Below, one piece after another: positions 7,220-16,647 of a stretch of 29,625 nt of DNA. A program made the translations under genes and the position numbers. Within the stretch, counting starts at the first letter, position 1. Every line of letters begins with the position of its first letter. The stretch is from positions 1 through 29,625 of the forward strand of contig CAZPGO010000039.1 in NCBI GenBank assembly GCA_964586355.1, written 5' to 3'. Origin of the DNA: an uncultured archaeon. Lineage in GTDB: Archaea; Iainarchaeota; Iainarchaeia; Iainarchaeales; CSSED10-239. The notes under the pieces are model-generated. The model had not been told where the DNA came from. It saw only the letters and a program-made list of their open reading frames with translations, and did not search any database.

Positions 7220-8221
7220 ATGATGTTAAAAGATACTGTATTAAAACAAACAAAAGATCTGAAAAAAAAACTAAATAAGAAAGACGGCCCAATAGCTATT
7301 CAACTACCAGAAGGACTAAAACCTTTTGGTAAGGATATTTTAAAATTATTAGAAAGCTATGATCCAGTTTTGTTTATAGATCCTTGCTATGGTGCTTGTG
7401 ACATTAAAGACGATCTTGCAAAAAATCTAAAATTTAAAACACTTATTCATTTTGGGCATTATCCTATTGAAAAAAAGTTTGCAGTAAGATCTCTCTTTGT
7501 GCCTATAGATTATTATCTAGATAAAGAAGATATAGATTATGTAGTAAAAAAGATTATAGAGATCTCAAAAAAAAATAATTATAAAAAAGTAACAATAGTA
7601 ACAACTATTCAGTATTTAAAAAACCTAGAACCTATTAGAAAAAAACTAGAAAAAGAAAAACTAAAAGTAACAGAATGTAAGAAAACAAAAAGAGTAGAAA
7701 AAGGAATGATCTTAGGGTGTGATTGTTCCACAATTACAGACAAAACAGCTCCTATTTTCTTTATTGGTGATGGTGTTTTCCATGCAAATAATATTGCTTA
7801 TGTTTTCTTTGAACAAAAAATATACACTATTAGCCCATTAAACAGAGATTCTAAAGAAATTGCAATATCACTAGCTTTTATAAAAAGAAGATACGGTGTT
7901 ATCTCTAGAACATTATTACAAAACTCACAAAACTTTGCTATTTTAGTTTCTACTAAATATGGTCAAAACAGATTAAAACTTGCAAAAGAGATTGCTAAAA
8001 AGTTAAAGAAAAATGGCAAAAATGCACAAATATTAATTTCAGATTATATTTATGAAAGTTATTTTTTAGGTATGGGCTTTGATTGTTATATTAATACAGG
8101 GTGTCCAAGATTAACCTATGATGATTATATAAGATTTGATAAACCGTTATTATCTCCACCAGAAGTAGATTTGTTATTTGATATTAATAAAAAATTAGAA
8201 ATAGATCAAATTAAGCAATAA
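7220..8221 (+). CDS. dph2: Diphthamide biosynthesis protein Dph2 (radical-SAM-like ACP transferase)
   Basis: The sequence has IAIQLPEGLK near the N-terminus. Three separated conserved Cys contexts (DPCYGACD, LGCDCS, NTGCPRL) fit the three-domain 4Fe-4S ligand pattern of archaeal Dph2. Length is 333 aa. Confidence 0.85.
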   Translation: MMLKDTVLKQTKDLKKKLNKKDGPIAIQLPEGLKPFGKDILKLLESYDPVLFIDPCYGACDIKDDLAKNLKFKTLIHFGHYPIEKKFAVRSLFVPIDYYLDKEDIDYVVKKIIEISKKNNYKKVTIVTTIQYLKNLEPIRKKLEKEKLKVTECKKTKRVEKGMILGCDCSTITDKTAPIFFIGDGVFHANNIAYVFFEQKIYTISPLNRDSKEIAISLAFIKRRYGVISRTLLQNSQNFAILVSTKYGQNRLKLAKEIAKKLKKNGKNAQILISDYIYESYFLGMGFDCYINTGCPRLTYDDYIRFDKPLLSPPEVDLLFDINKKLEIDQIKQ

Positions 8222-8252
8222 AATTAATTTAAAATAATAAAAAATTTAGATC

Positions 8253-9122
8253 TTAAATATTAGAATCAAAGAGATTAAAATCTACATTCTCATCTTCTAT
8301 ATTTAGATCTGTGTTTGAATACTCTAGATCATTATTAACATCTATGTTAGAATCAACATTAAAATCATCTGTGTTTTGATCTGTATTAGCATCTATCTCT
8401 GTGTCACTATCAATTGGCTTAATTAGACTCTCTTTCTCTCCAAGACTGTCTTTTATTTTATATATTTCTTTTAAAGTATTTTCCATACTTGGAAACATAG
8501 ATTTTAATATTAAATATGTTGAGATAGAAAGATCTTCTAAGGACTTAGGAGTTACCAAAACATTTTTCTCAACAGCATTTAAATATATTGCGGGCTCTTT
8601 AAGATTAGGGTTTGGATAATTTAAAACAAATAATGTGTTTGCAGAATTTATTAAAGACAAACACTCTTCACTTGAGAGGTCTTGATTTGAATAAAGATCT
8701 CCATAGTTGGTTGAACAATATAGAATGTTTTTATTCTCTATTATATTAAAAACATGTGTAGTGTTTTTATTATTTGCAGAAAACAAATAAGTAAATAAGG
8801 ATAAACTTTCTGAAAAATCTGATAATTTATTTATATCTTTATTTTCAATATTATAAACCAAAGTAATATTTTGATCTTGCTTAATAATATTTAAAGAATC
8901 AGCTATAGAAAAATCATTAGAATAAAATACAACACCTAGTTCTTTTTCAGAAAAATCAAATCTGTTTTTATCAAAGAAGTTATAAACAAAAATTGCACAG
9001 ATCGCTAATATCAAAATCACTAAAATAATAGAGGTTATTTTTTTATTAAACCTTTTAATCTTTGCTTTCTTATTTATTTCCTTAACACTTTGAACTTGTG
9101 CTGTTGCTAATGCTCTAACCAT
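8253..9122 (-). CDS. Single-pass membrane protein of unknown function with an extremely acidic D/N-rich C-terminal tail
   Basis: A basic N-terminus is followed by one TM helix (ITSIILVILILAICAIFVYNFF). The last 53 residues contain 13 D, 4 E, 11 N and no K/R. No family is recognised. The ATG start overlaps the stop of the Fap7-like gene by 8 nt. Confidence 0.5.
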   Translation of the reverse strand: MVRALATAQVQSVKEINKKAKIKRFNKKITSIILVILILAICAIFVYNFFDKNRFDFSEKELGVVFYSNDFSIADSLNIIKQDQNITLVYNIENKDINKLSDFSESLSLFTYLFSANNKNTTHVFNIIENKNILYCSTNYGDLYSNQDLSSEECLSLINSANTLFVLNYPNPNLKEPAIYLNAVEKNVLVTPKSLEDLSISTYLILKSMFPSMENTLKEIYKIKDSLGEKESLIKPIDSDTEIDANTDQNTDDFNVDSNIDVNNDLEYSNTDLNIEDENVDFNLFDSNI

Positions 9123-9615
9123 TTTTTAACACCGATTTTATTTTTAATATATTTTTATTAAGATTACTTGTTATTTTGATCTTTTTATAAGCAATTCCCT
9201 TTTCAACAAATAATTTTTCAATATACTTGTTTTCTTGAGCAAAAATATTATCTAAGATCTTAATCTCAGAATATTTTCTCTCTCTTAACCTTTTTTCTAA
9301 GGTTTTCTTATTTAATTCTAATATAATAACAACATCAAACTTTTTTAAATTATGCTTTGAAAGCTCACACCATAAATGACCTTCAAAAATAAGCGATTTT
9401 TTATTTTTTTTTAAAAATAAAGAAAAAGAAGCATCAAACTTTTCTATGTTAACAACATATTCTTTTTGAGCAATCTCTTTTTTGTAATAGCCTGTTTTGT
9501 TTTTTATAGAAAAAAACTTGTCGTTTATAACAGAGCGTCCAAGAATTAATGAAAGTTGTTTTGAGATCTCACTTTTTCCAACACCTGCAACACCTGTTAT
9601 TAATATTCTATTCAT
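9115..9615 (-). CDS. Fap7/AK6-like nucleoside-phosphate kinase (small-subunit ribosome maturation NTPase family)
   Basis: The P-loop ILITGVAGVGKS starts at residue 4. Later come EGHLW and FDVVIILELNKKTLEKRLRERKYSEIKILDNIFAQE, which match the Fap7 pattern (H..., D-V-hydrophobic-L, L-x-x-RL-x-x-R-x-Y-x-x-x-K-x-x-x-N). Length is 166 aa. There is an ATGA overlap with the aCPSF1 stop (9612..9615). Confidence 0.7.
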   Translation of the reverse strand: MNRILITGVAGVGKSEISKQLSLILGRSVINDKFFSIKNKTGYYKKEIAQKEYVVNIEKFDASFSLFLKKNKKSLIFEGHLWCELSKHNLKKFDVVIILELNKKTLEKRLRERKYSEIKILDNIFAQENKYIEKLFVEKGIAYKKIKITSNLNKNILKIKSVLKNG

Positions 9616-11498
9616 CTCAATCTTATGCTTTCCAAATCCTGTATAGCTGTTGCATTTAAGTTATATCTTTTTGATAAAAACTTTGAAAAATCTTGACAGG
9701 AGTCACCATGATTTAAAACTAAAAGTTTTGGTTTTGGATTAACATTGCTTAAAAAATGCAAAAGCTCTGATCTATATGAGTGACCACTAAAAGCATCCAC
9801 AGTTTCTATTCTTAAATTTATATTCAGATTCTTAGTTTTCCCATCCTCAATATTTATAGGCAAAGATTTTAGTCCTCTTTGAACCTTATATCCGAAAGTA
9901 TTTCTTCCTTGATATCCTACAAAGATCAAAGTGTTGTTTGGGTTTTCTGCAATCTGATAAAAATATCTTAAAGAAGCACCCCCAGTAAGCATACCAGAAG
10001 ATGCTAAAATAACTGCGCCTGGTGTGTTTAACACATCTTCTCTAACAGAATCATCAACTGTTGTAAACAAAGGGGATAAAAATGGAGAGTTGTTTTGTAA
10101 TACTCTTGTTTTAATATTTTTTTTCATATATTCTGGATAAACTGTGTGAATTGCTGATGCTTGTCTAGTCATACCATCTACAAATACTTTGTCTGTTTTT
10201 AGTTTACCAAGTTTAAAATATTCTTCTAAAATCAACATAACTTCTTGCGCTCTACCAACAGAAAAAACAGGTATTAATGTTGTTCCACCCTTCTCAACGG
10301 TCTCATTTATAACATCTAATAATGCACTTTCTGATTTCATTCTTGAAGGAGAAGAATCTTTTCCTGCATATGTGCTTTCCATAATCATAGATTCTAATCT
10401 AGTATAGTTAATATCCATATTATTAAACATTCTTGTAAATCCATATTTAAAATCACCAGAGTATACTAGATTTTGCTTACCTTCACCAATATGCAAATGA
10501 ACAGAAGCAGAACCTAAGATATGAGCAGCATCATGAAAAGTCATTCTTATTCCTGGTGCAATATCTGTAACTTCTCTATAGTTTCTAGTGATTGTGTGTT
10601 TTAAACATTCTTTTACATGTTCTTCTGAGTAAAGTGGTTCTTTTCCACTTTTTATACTTACATCAATTATATCAAATTGTAATAAAGTCATTAGATCTCT
10701 TGTTGGCTCAGTACAATAAACTGGACCAGTATATCCTGCTTTAAATAAATAAGGTAAAAAACCTACGTGATCTACATGTGCGTGAGAAATAATTACAGCA
10801 TCTAATTCATTTATAGGAAATCTAATAACATCAAAAAAAGGGACTTCGTCGTTTTTATCAGAAGTATTTAGTCCACAGTCTAATAATATTTTTGTGTCTG
10901 GGGTTTCTAATAATACACAACTTCTACCAACTTCTCTAAAACCCCCTAAAGCAGTCACTCTTATCCAATCGTTATTACTTATCGGTGGACTATAGATTTT
11001 TGCAGCAACATCTTTTAAAAGATTTTTTCTATCAGGACCATTTTTTAATAAGATTAATCTTATTTTTTTAAGAATTTCTGAAGGTTCTGTTGGGGCTCTT
11101 ATTATTTTTGGAATCCAACCTGTTTCTCTAATAATTTCTTTAGAGACTATTCCTTGTTTTCCAATAACTACTCCGGGTTTTATTGCTTCAATTACAACTT
11201 CACTAAAAGTAGTATCAAAAAATATGCTTTTTACATCAGCATCTTCAGGTATTATTTTTTTTATTTTATTAAGTGCTGGAGATGGATCTAGTAAAATACT
11301 TTTTTCTGATCTAATGTTTATTCTTTTTTTTAGCTTTTCTGCTAATTCACCTATAAGGTTTTTATCTTCAAAAAAAATAATTGGTTTGTCAGTATAAATT
11401 GCAATTTCTGGACCTTCAGCATCCACCTTTGAAACGTTTATTTTTTTTTCTTGTAATGTTTTTTCTATATATTCTTTAATTTCTTTGAACTTTTCCAT
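9612..11498 (-). CDS. fttA: aCPSF1 / FttA: KH-domain beta-CASP metallo-beta-lactamase ribonuclease (archaeal transcription termination factor)
   Basis: An N-terminal KH-type region (VIGKQGIVSKEII) is followed by the MBL motif ISHAHVDHVG and then beta-CASP and C-terminal His motifs (SGHS, NHGD). The 628 aa length is typical of the family. Confidence 0.95.
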   Translation of the reverse strand: MEKFKEIKEYIEKTLQEKKINVSKVDAEGPEIAIYTDKPIIFFEDKNLIGELAEKLKKRINIRSEKSILLDPSPALNKIKKIIPEDADVKSIFFDTTFSEVVIEAIKPGVVIGKQGIVSKEIIRETGWIPKIIRAPTEPSEILKKIRLILLKNGPDRKNLLKDVAAKIYSPPISNNDWIRVTALGGFREVGRSCVLLETPDTKILLDCGLNTSDKNDEVPFFDVIRFPINELDAVIISHAHVDHVGFLPYLFKAGYTGPVYCTEPTRDLMTLLQFDIIDVSIKSGKEPLYSEEHVKECLKHTITRNYREVTDIAPGIRMTFHDAAHILGSASVHLHIGEGKQNLVYSGDFKYGFTRMFNNMDINYTRLESMIMESTYAGKDSSPSRMKSESALLDVINETVEKGGTTLIPVFSVGRAQEVMLILEEYFKLGKLKTDKVFVDGMTRQASAIHTVYPEYMKKNIKTRVLQNNSPFLSPLFTTVDDSVREDVLNTPGAVILASSGMLTGGASLRYFYQIAENPNNTLIFVGYQGRNTFGYKVQRGLKSLPINIEDGKTKNLNINLRIETVDAFSGHSYRSELLHFLSNVNPKPKLLVLNHGDSCQDFSKFLSKRYNLNATAIQDLESIRLR

Positions 11499-11599
11499 TT
11501 TGTTTTTTCACATTTAAAATTCGTTAAATAGTACTTTTTATTTTTTTTAAAAAAATTGGATTTTGTAGATATTTGATAATATTATAAAAAAGATAAAAA

Positions 11600-12205
11600 T
11601 TAATTATATTTAGCAATAGGTAATTCGTCAATTTTATCTTTAGTAATAACAAACATTTTCACACCTTGCCCACCAGTATAAATATCTCTTTTTTTGGCAG
11701 CAAGTATTGCTTCTTTTGCTAGTTTGATTGCATCGTTTGTTGATAAATCTTTTTTATATTTATTATCAAGAACGCTTAGTGCTAGTTCTGAACCAGACCC
11801 AGAATATGAAAATTGTTTTTCTTGAACAACTCCACCAGCAATATCAATATTATAAATGGATAATTCTCCAACAGATCCTGCTAAAATAAATTGTGTAAAA
11901 TAAGGATAGAATCTGTTTGCATTTAAAACATTTGATAATAAAGTAGCACATGCTTTTGTATTCATCGGTGTTTTGTGTTCTAACTCATAAAGACTTGCTT
12001 GAACTTTTAAGAATCTAACTAAAACTAATGCATCTCCAACAGAACCTGCAATAGTTACTGCTAGATGATCATTTATTTTATATAATTTTGTCATATCATT
12101 ATTTGATTGTAAATTACCCATAGTAGCTTGCATATCTGCAGCTAAAATAATTGAGTCTTTTGAGATTATTCCAACAGTTGTTGTTCCTGTTTTATATGTT
12201 TCCAA
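11600..12205 (-). CDS. psmB: Proteasome subunit beta (TTG start, 7-residue propeptide)
   Basis: (M)ETYKTG / TTTVGI places the catalytic Thr right after a short propeptide, followed by a typical Ntn-hydrolase beta-subunit body. The start codon at 12205..12203 is TTG. The only in-frame upstream codons are ATT and then the TAA of the FKBP gene, and the first in-frame ATG lies beyond the catalytic Thr. Confidence 0.9.
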   Translation of the reverse strand: METYKTGTTTVGIISKDSIILAADMQATMGNLQSNNDMTKLYKINDHLAVTIAGSVGDALVLVRFLKVQASLYELEHKTPMNTKACATLLSNVLNANRFYPYFTQFILAGSVGELSIYNIDIAGGVVQEKQFSYSGSGSELALSVLDNKYKKDLSTNDAIKLAKEAILAAKKRDIYTGGQGVKMFVITKDKIDELPIAKYN

Positions 12206-12208
12206 AAT

Positions 12209-12895
12209 TTAGTCACCTTTTTTATTTTTTGGATAGTTTTGACTTAATTTAACATCTTCAAAACTAGTTATATCATAAACACTTTGAGCAAAAGCAAATT
12301 TAATATAGTCTATTTCTTTTGGTAAAGCTATAGGAAGCATAACTTCTACTTTCTTTTCTTTAAAATTAACTTCTAATTTGTCGGATGGTACAAAATAGAA
12401 ATACTTTTCTGCAAGAGCTTTTACTTTTTCTTTATCATCAGTAACTATTTTTTTTAAAGTCACAGTGTATTCTAAATCTCTTCCAGCAAAATCATGATTA
12501 TAATCTACCTGAACTCTTCCACCAGATACATTTAATATCTTTGCTTGATGTTCTCCAGTATTTATATACATTCCAGGAACTGGATTAATGTTCTCTTTTT
12601 TAAAATCAGCAAGTGGTAACAACTGTATTAATTTTGGATCTCTTTCTCCAAATGCAAATTCTTTTTTTAGAGAAAAGGTTTTTGTTTTATTTAGTTCTAA
12701 ATCTTTAATATTTTCTTCAACTGCTTTTAGTAATTCACCTTTACCATATATTACTTTTAATGGTTTATACTCTATTTTTGAATTAAAAATATTACTTTCT
12801 TTTGCAATTTCTTCTAAAGTTGTATCTAAAACATCTTTAGAAGTATTATCTTTTATAACTAGATCAATTTCAACCATATCTTTTTGATTTATCAT
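12209..12895 (-). CDS. FKBP-type peptidyl-prolyl cis-trans isomerase with insert-in-flap domain (SlyD-like archaeal FKBP)
   Basis: The sequence has VIYGKGELLKAVEENIKDLELNKTKTFSL..FAFGERDPKLIQ...VDYNHDFAGRDLEYTVTLKKI. This matches the FKBP/IF pattern (G-x-G-x-hydrophobic...afGerd...vDfNHplAGk-L-x-f-x-V). GGAG lies 9 nt upstream of the ATG. Confidence 0.85.
   Translation of the reverse strand: MINQKDMVEIDLVIKDNTSKDVLDTTLEEIAKESNIFNSKIEYKPLKVIYGKGELLKAVEENIKDLELNKTKTFSLKKEFAFGERDPKLIQLLPLADFKKENINPVPGMYINTGEHQAKILNVSGGRVQVDYNHDFAGRDLEYTVTLKKIVTDDKEKVKALAEKYFYFVPSDKLEVNFKEKKVEVMLPIALPKEIDYIKFAFAQSVYDITSFEDVKLSQNYPKNKKGD
12213..12217 (-). promoter_or_regulatory. Shine-Dalgarno-like GGTGA for the TTG-initiated psmB, embedded in the last codons of the FKBP gene
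   Basis: The minus strand reads AAAAAAGGTGACTAAATT-TTG, with a 7 nt spacer. Confidence 0.45.
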
Positions 12896-13153
12896 GTCTA
12901 AAATCTCCTTTATAATTTTCTAAAACTTAGTTTTGAAAATCTAGCTTTAATTAATTTGTTTAATAAAGAATTCATATATTTGACAACCGTAAAAATCATT
13001 TAAAAAAAGCACTAAATATTTATCAATTTTTACTATAAATATTATATAAACAAACATATTAAAAAGGTTGTCTTTTCTATGTTTTTTATTGATCTCTTTT
13101 TATGAGTTTATAAACATATTTTTATTTATAAAACAGTATTAAAAATTGAAAAA

Positions 13154-15331
13154 ATGAACAAAGAACAAATTATAAAAAAAGTTTTAGAGATAAATGGTTT
13201 TTCCTATCTTAATCCTATGCAGGAAAAAGTTAAAGAACATATTGGTAAGAACACATTAGTATGTACGCCTACTGCTTCTGGAAAAACTTTTGTGTTTGAA
13301 TTATATTTGTTTGATACTATTTTTAATAGAAATAAAAAAGTGGTTTATATTTCTCCACTAAAAGCACTAACTTCTGAACATTATAAAGATATTAAACAAA
13401 AATATGAAAAGATTCTTAATATTAAAATAGGTCTATCAACAGGAGATCTTGACTCTAGTGTAAAACATCTAGAAAACTATGATGTTTTGTTTTTAACATA
13501 TGAAAAATTTGACTCTGTCTTAAGACATTCTCCAAAATGGATAGAACAAATTGGTTTAGTAACCATTGATGAAATTCATGAGATGGGTAATGATCGTGGT
13601 GCAACTTTAGAGATCATAATTTCTCAAATTAAAAGAAATTATAAAGATGTTACCTTTCTAGGACTTTCTGCAACTATTGGAAACTCTAAAAGTCTAAGTA
13701 AATGGCTAAAGGCCGAATTAGTTGAAAGTAATTACAGACCAGTTCCATTAAAGATCGGAATTTTTTATAATAATGAAATTTTTTTTAATGATGGCTCTAA
13801 AGAGGTTTTAAAAGAGCAACCTTCTAATGACATTAAAGAAATTATTATTGACACATTAAAAAAAAATAAACAAGCAATAATTTTTTGTAATTCTAGACCC
13901 AGTACAGCAAATCTATCTAAAAAGTATTCCACAATTGTGCACAAAGTAATTTCTGAAAAAGAAAAAGAGAATCTGAAAAAGATTGCAAAAGAGGCAGCCA
14001 GCATCTTAGATCAACCTACTAAACAATGTATGGCTTTATTTAATTCTTTATCTTCTGGTTGTGCTTTTCATCATGCTGGCCTAGTCTACAAACAAAGAGA
14101 AATAATTGAGAATGAATTTAGAAAAGGCAACATTAAAATTATTTTTGCAACTCCAACACTTGCTGCAGGAATTAATCTGCCGGCATTTAGAGTTATTATA
14201 AATTCTATATATAGATTTAGTGACGGAGGGCTGGCACCAATACCAATAAATGAGTTTTGGCAAATGTGTGGAAGAGCAGGAAGACCAAAATATGATACTA
14301 ATGGCGAGGCTATTGTTTTTGTAAATAAAGAAAAGGATCTAATTAGGGTTTATAACTCTTATGTTATAGCCCCCCCAACAGATATAGAATCACAGTTATC
14401 TAAAATACCTTTATTAAGACAACAATTATTATCTGTAATTTTAATAAATAATCTAAAATCTATTCAAGAAGTTTTAGAGTATATTTCCTTAACTTTTTAT
14501 TATCAGGAATTTGGAAACGATTTTGAACTTAATCAAAATATTTTAGATTTGATTGATGAGTTTGTTAGTTTTAATTTTCTAATAAAAGATAAAAAAGATT
14601 ATTTGCAAATAACAGAGCTAGGTAAAAAAGTTTGTTTACTTTATTTAGATCCTTATTCTGCAAACAACATAATTAATGATCTAGAAAGAAAAATGGAGCT
14701 TTCTGAGATTTCTGATACTTCATTATTATTTACAATAACAAACACTAGAGAACTTTTTCCATATGTTAGATATAAAGCAGATCAAGAAAAAAAAGTGTTT
14801 GAAAACTTTGAAAAAATAAAACAAGAAATTTATTTTGAGTATGAGGATCTTAATCTTTTACAAAAAGTGCAACTCTCTTTTTTATTAACTGAGTGGATAA
14901 ATGAAGCTAGTGAAAATGATCTTCTTGAAAAATATAATATTACACCAGGACAGTTACAAAACATTATTAATAATGCTACTTGGATTATTCATTGTATATT
15001 AGAGTTATCCAAGATAATCAAAACCAATTTAAAGATCTATAAAAAATATTCGGATTTGGAATTGAGATTAAAGTATGGAGTAAAAGAAGACATTTTAGAG
15101 CTGGTACAATTAAAAAATATTGGAAAAATAAGGGCAAGAAAACTTTATCTTTTGGGGATTACTTCTATATCTCTGATTAAAAAAGATCCTGAAAAATTTC
15201 TTTCAATAGTTGGTAAATTTGGAATAGAGGCTTTAAAAGAGCTAAAGATAGATATGGATCTGAAAAATAAAAGAATACCAAAAGAAAAAAAGAAAAAAAT
15301 ACTTGATCAAAAAAAGATTTTTGATTTTTAA
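13154..15331 (+). CDS. hel308: Ski2-like DNA helicase Hel308/Hjm
   Basis: SF2 motifs are in order: CTPTASGKT (I), TIDEIH (II), LSAT (III) and QMCGRAGRP (VI). A winged-helix/ratchet region and a C-terminal HhH-like domain (LKNIGKIRARKLY) follow. Length is 725 aa. Confidence 0.9.
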   Translation: MNKEQIIKKVLEINGFSYLNPMQEKVKEHIGKNTLVCTPTASGKTFVFELYLFDTIFNRNKKVVYISPLKALTSEHYKDIKQKYEKILNIKIGLSTGDLDSSVKHLENYDVLFLTYEKFDSVLRHSPKWIEQIGLVTIDEIHEMGNDRGATLEIIISQIKRNYKDVTFLGLSATIGNSKSLSKWLKAELVESNYRPVPLKIGIFYNNEIFFNDGSKEVLKEQPSNDIKEIIIDTLKKNKQAIIFCNSRPSTANLSKKYSTIVHKVISEKEKENLKKIAKEAASILDQPTKQCMALFNSLSSGCAFHHAGLVYKQREIIENEFRKGNIKIIFATPTLAAGINLPAFRVIINSIYRFSDGGLAPIPINEFWQMCGRAGRPKYDTNGEAIVFVNKEKDLIRVYNSYVIAPPTDIESQLSKIPLLRQQLLSVILINNLKSIQEVLEYISLTFYYQEFGNDFELNQNILDLIDEFVSFNFLIKDKKDYLQITELGKKVCLLYLDPYSANNIINDLERKMELSEISDTSLLFTITNTRELFPYVRYKADQEKKVFENFEKIKQEIYFEYEDLNLLQKVQLSFLLTEWINEASENDLLEKYNITPGQLQNIINNATWIIHCILELSKIIKTNLKIYKKYSDLELRLKYGVKEDILELVQLKNIGKIRARKLYLLGITSISLIKKDPEKFLSIVGKFGIEALKELKIDMDLKNKRIPKEKKKKILDQKKIFDF

Positions 15332-15375
15332 TAATTATAAGGGTTATTAGGTCCCTCTTGTTACTAGCAAAAACA

Positions 15376-16638
15376 CTAATACCAACCATAAGCTTCTTTT
15401 GGCTTTATTAGCTCTCTAGCAAGATTAGTAGCATAGTTTCCTTTATCTAAAACAAATGAAAAAGTTAGTTTTAAAGAGCCTAAATTAAGATCATCTTCTT
15501 CAATAGTTATCAAAGAAAGATCATAAGCCGAAACTTTTATTTTTCTAAACTCTCCTTTACTTGATAAAACTGAGTGATCTTTGTTATAAAATTCGCTAAT
15601 GTTAATATCCTCTTTTTCAAAAAGATCTCTTTCTATTTCTCCTAAAACACCATTAGAAAAAATAGATTCGTAACCAAATAAAGGATAGATTATTTCTCCA
15701 TTATTAAGATTATCGTCTTCTATTTTTTCTAAAGTAAAATCACGTTTTATTCTCTCATTAATCAGTTCGTTAAAAAGATAAGCTTGATATGCATGAATAA
15801 ACAAATATTGAATACTTACAGGCAAAACCTTTATAGCTCCTAAAAAGTCAGTAGGATATTTTGCAAGATGATTTAACATTTGTCTTTCATATCCATCTCT
15901 TACTGGAAAATTAGCTGCAGATTTTCCAAAGTCCAAATTTTCTTTAAGCTCTGTTCTTGCAATTCTTATTTGTTCTTTTTCTAATGGACTTGTTTCTGTT
16001 AAATATAATAAAACTGCATCCTTATATTTTCTTTTTAATAATAGTTTTCCAACTTTATGTGTAATAGATCTAATGCCACCAAATCTTTGTTCTCCAAAAT
16101 AGTTTATAAGTCCATTATTTTCTATTTCTTCTTTAAATTTTAAAAAGAGTTTTTTTAGATCTTCTTTAGTATGGTTTTGTATATTTCTTACAGTTAAAGT
16201 GAATTTGTTTTTTTCTAAATCTCCAATAGTTATTTCTTTATTTGACCAAACAGGGTTATAGATCTTTACATTTTTATAATAAAATTTTTCTATTCGCTCT
16301 TTTGGTGGATCACAAATAGATATTTTTTGAGAGGTTATTGCTCTTTTATCTTTTAGTCCAGCAAAGCCTATTTTTCTTTTACTTATTCTTAGGTATCTAG
16401 AAATATCATTTATTGCAGAAGTTGTTGATAAATTGTATTTTTCTAAATCCATTAAAAGATATTTTTCTTCTTTTCTATTTTCATAAACTTGGTTCCAATC
16501 AACTTCTACTCTTTTATTAGGAAGGTAAGTTATTTTAGTGTTATAATCTTTACCAATCTCTTCAACCAAAAAATCATCACAGATCTGTTTTATTCTTCCG
16601 CCGATTGATAAAGTGGTTGTTAAGTATTTAAATTCCAT
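15376..16638 (-). CDS. truD: tRNA pseudouridine synthase TruD/Pus7 family
   Basis: The sequence has DFLVEEI near the N-terminus, the TruD catalytic motif GFAGLKDKRA, and later NYFGEQRFG. Length is 420 aa. Confidence 0.9.
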   Translation of the reverse strand: MEFKYLTTTLSIGGRIKQICDDFLVEEIGKDYNTKITYLPNKRVEVDWNQVYENRKEEKYLLMDLEKYNLSTTSAINDISRYLRISKRKIGFAGLKDKRAITSQKISICDPPKERIEKFYYKNVKIYNPVWSNKEITIGDLEKNKFTLTVRNIQNHTKEDLKKLFLKFKEEIENNGLINYFGEQRFGGIRSITHKVGKLLLKRKYKDAVLLYLTETSPLEKEQIRIARTELKENLDFGKSAANFPVRDGYERQMLNHLAKYPTDFLGAIKVLPVSIQYLFIHAYQAYLFNELINERIKRDFTLEKIEDDNLNNGEIIYPLFGYESIFSNGVLGEIERDLFEKEDINISEFYNKDHSVLSSKGEFRKIKVSAYDLSLITIEEDDLNLGSLKLTFSFVLDKGNYATNLARELIKPKEAYGWY

Positions 16639-16647
16639 AAGTTTTTC

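Noticed and set aside
8401-12887. Plus-strand ORFs 8401..8619, 10189..10407 and 12588..12887
   Set aside because: They are antisense to the membrane protein, aCPSF1 and FKBP genes respectively, and are S/F/L-rich shadow ORFs.
12896-13153. The 258-nt intergenic region (largest in the window) as a possible ncRNA or small gene
   Set aside because: It contains only an 8-codon ATG ORF and no GC-rich or stably paired segment (the AAAACT-T-AGTTTT palindrome is too weak). It lies between divergent FKBP and hel308 starts, so two promoters explain it.
13765-15389. Minus-strand ORFs 13765..14004, 14081..14263 and 15177..15389
   Set aside because: They are antisense to hel308, which has complete SF2 motifs in the plus frame. 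The last one only extends through the 44-nt convergent spacer into the 3' end of truD.
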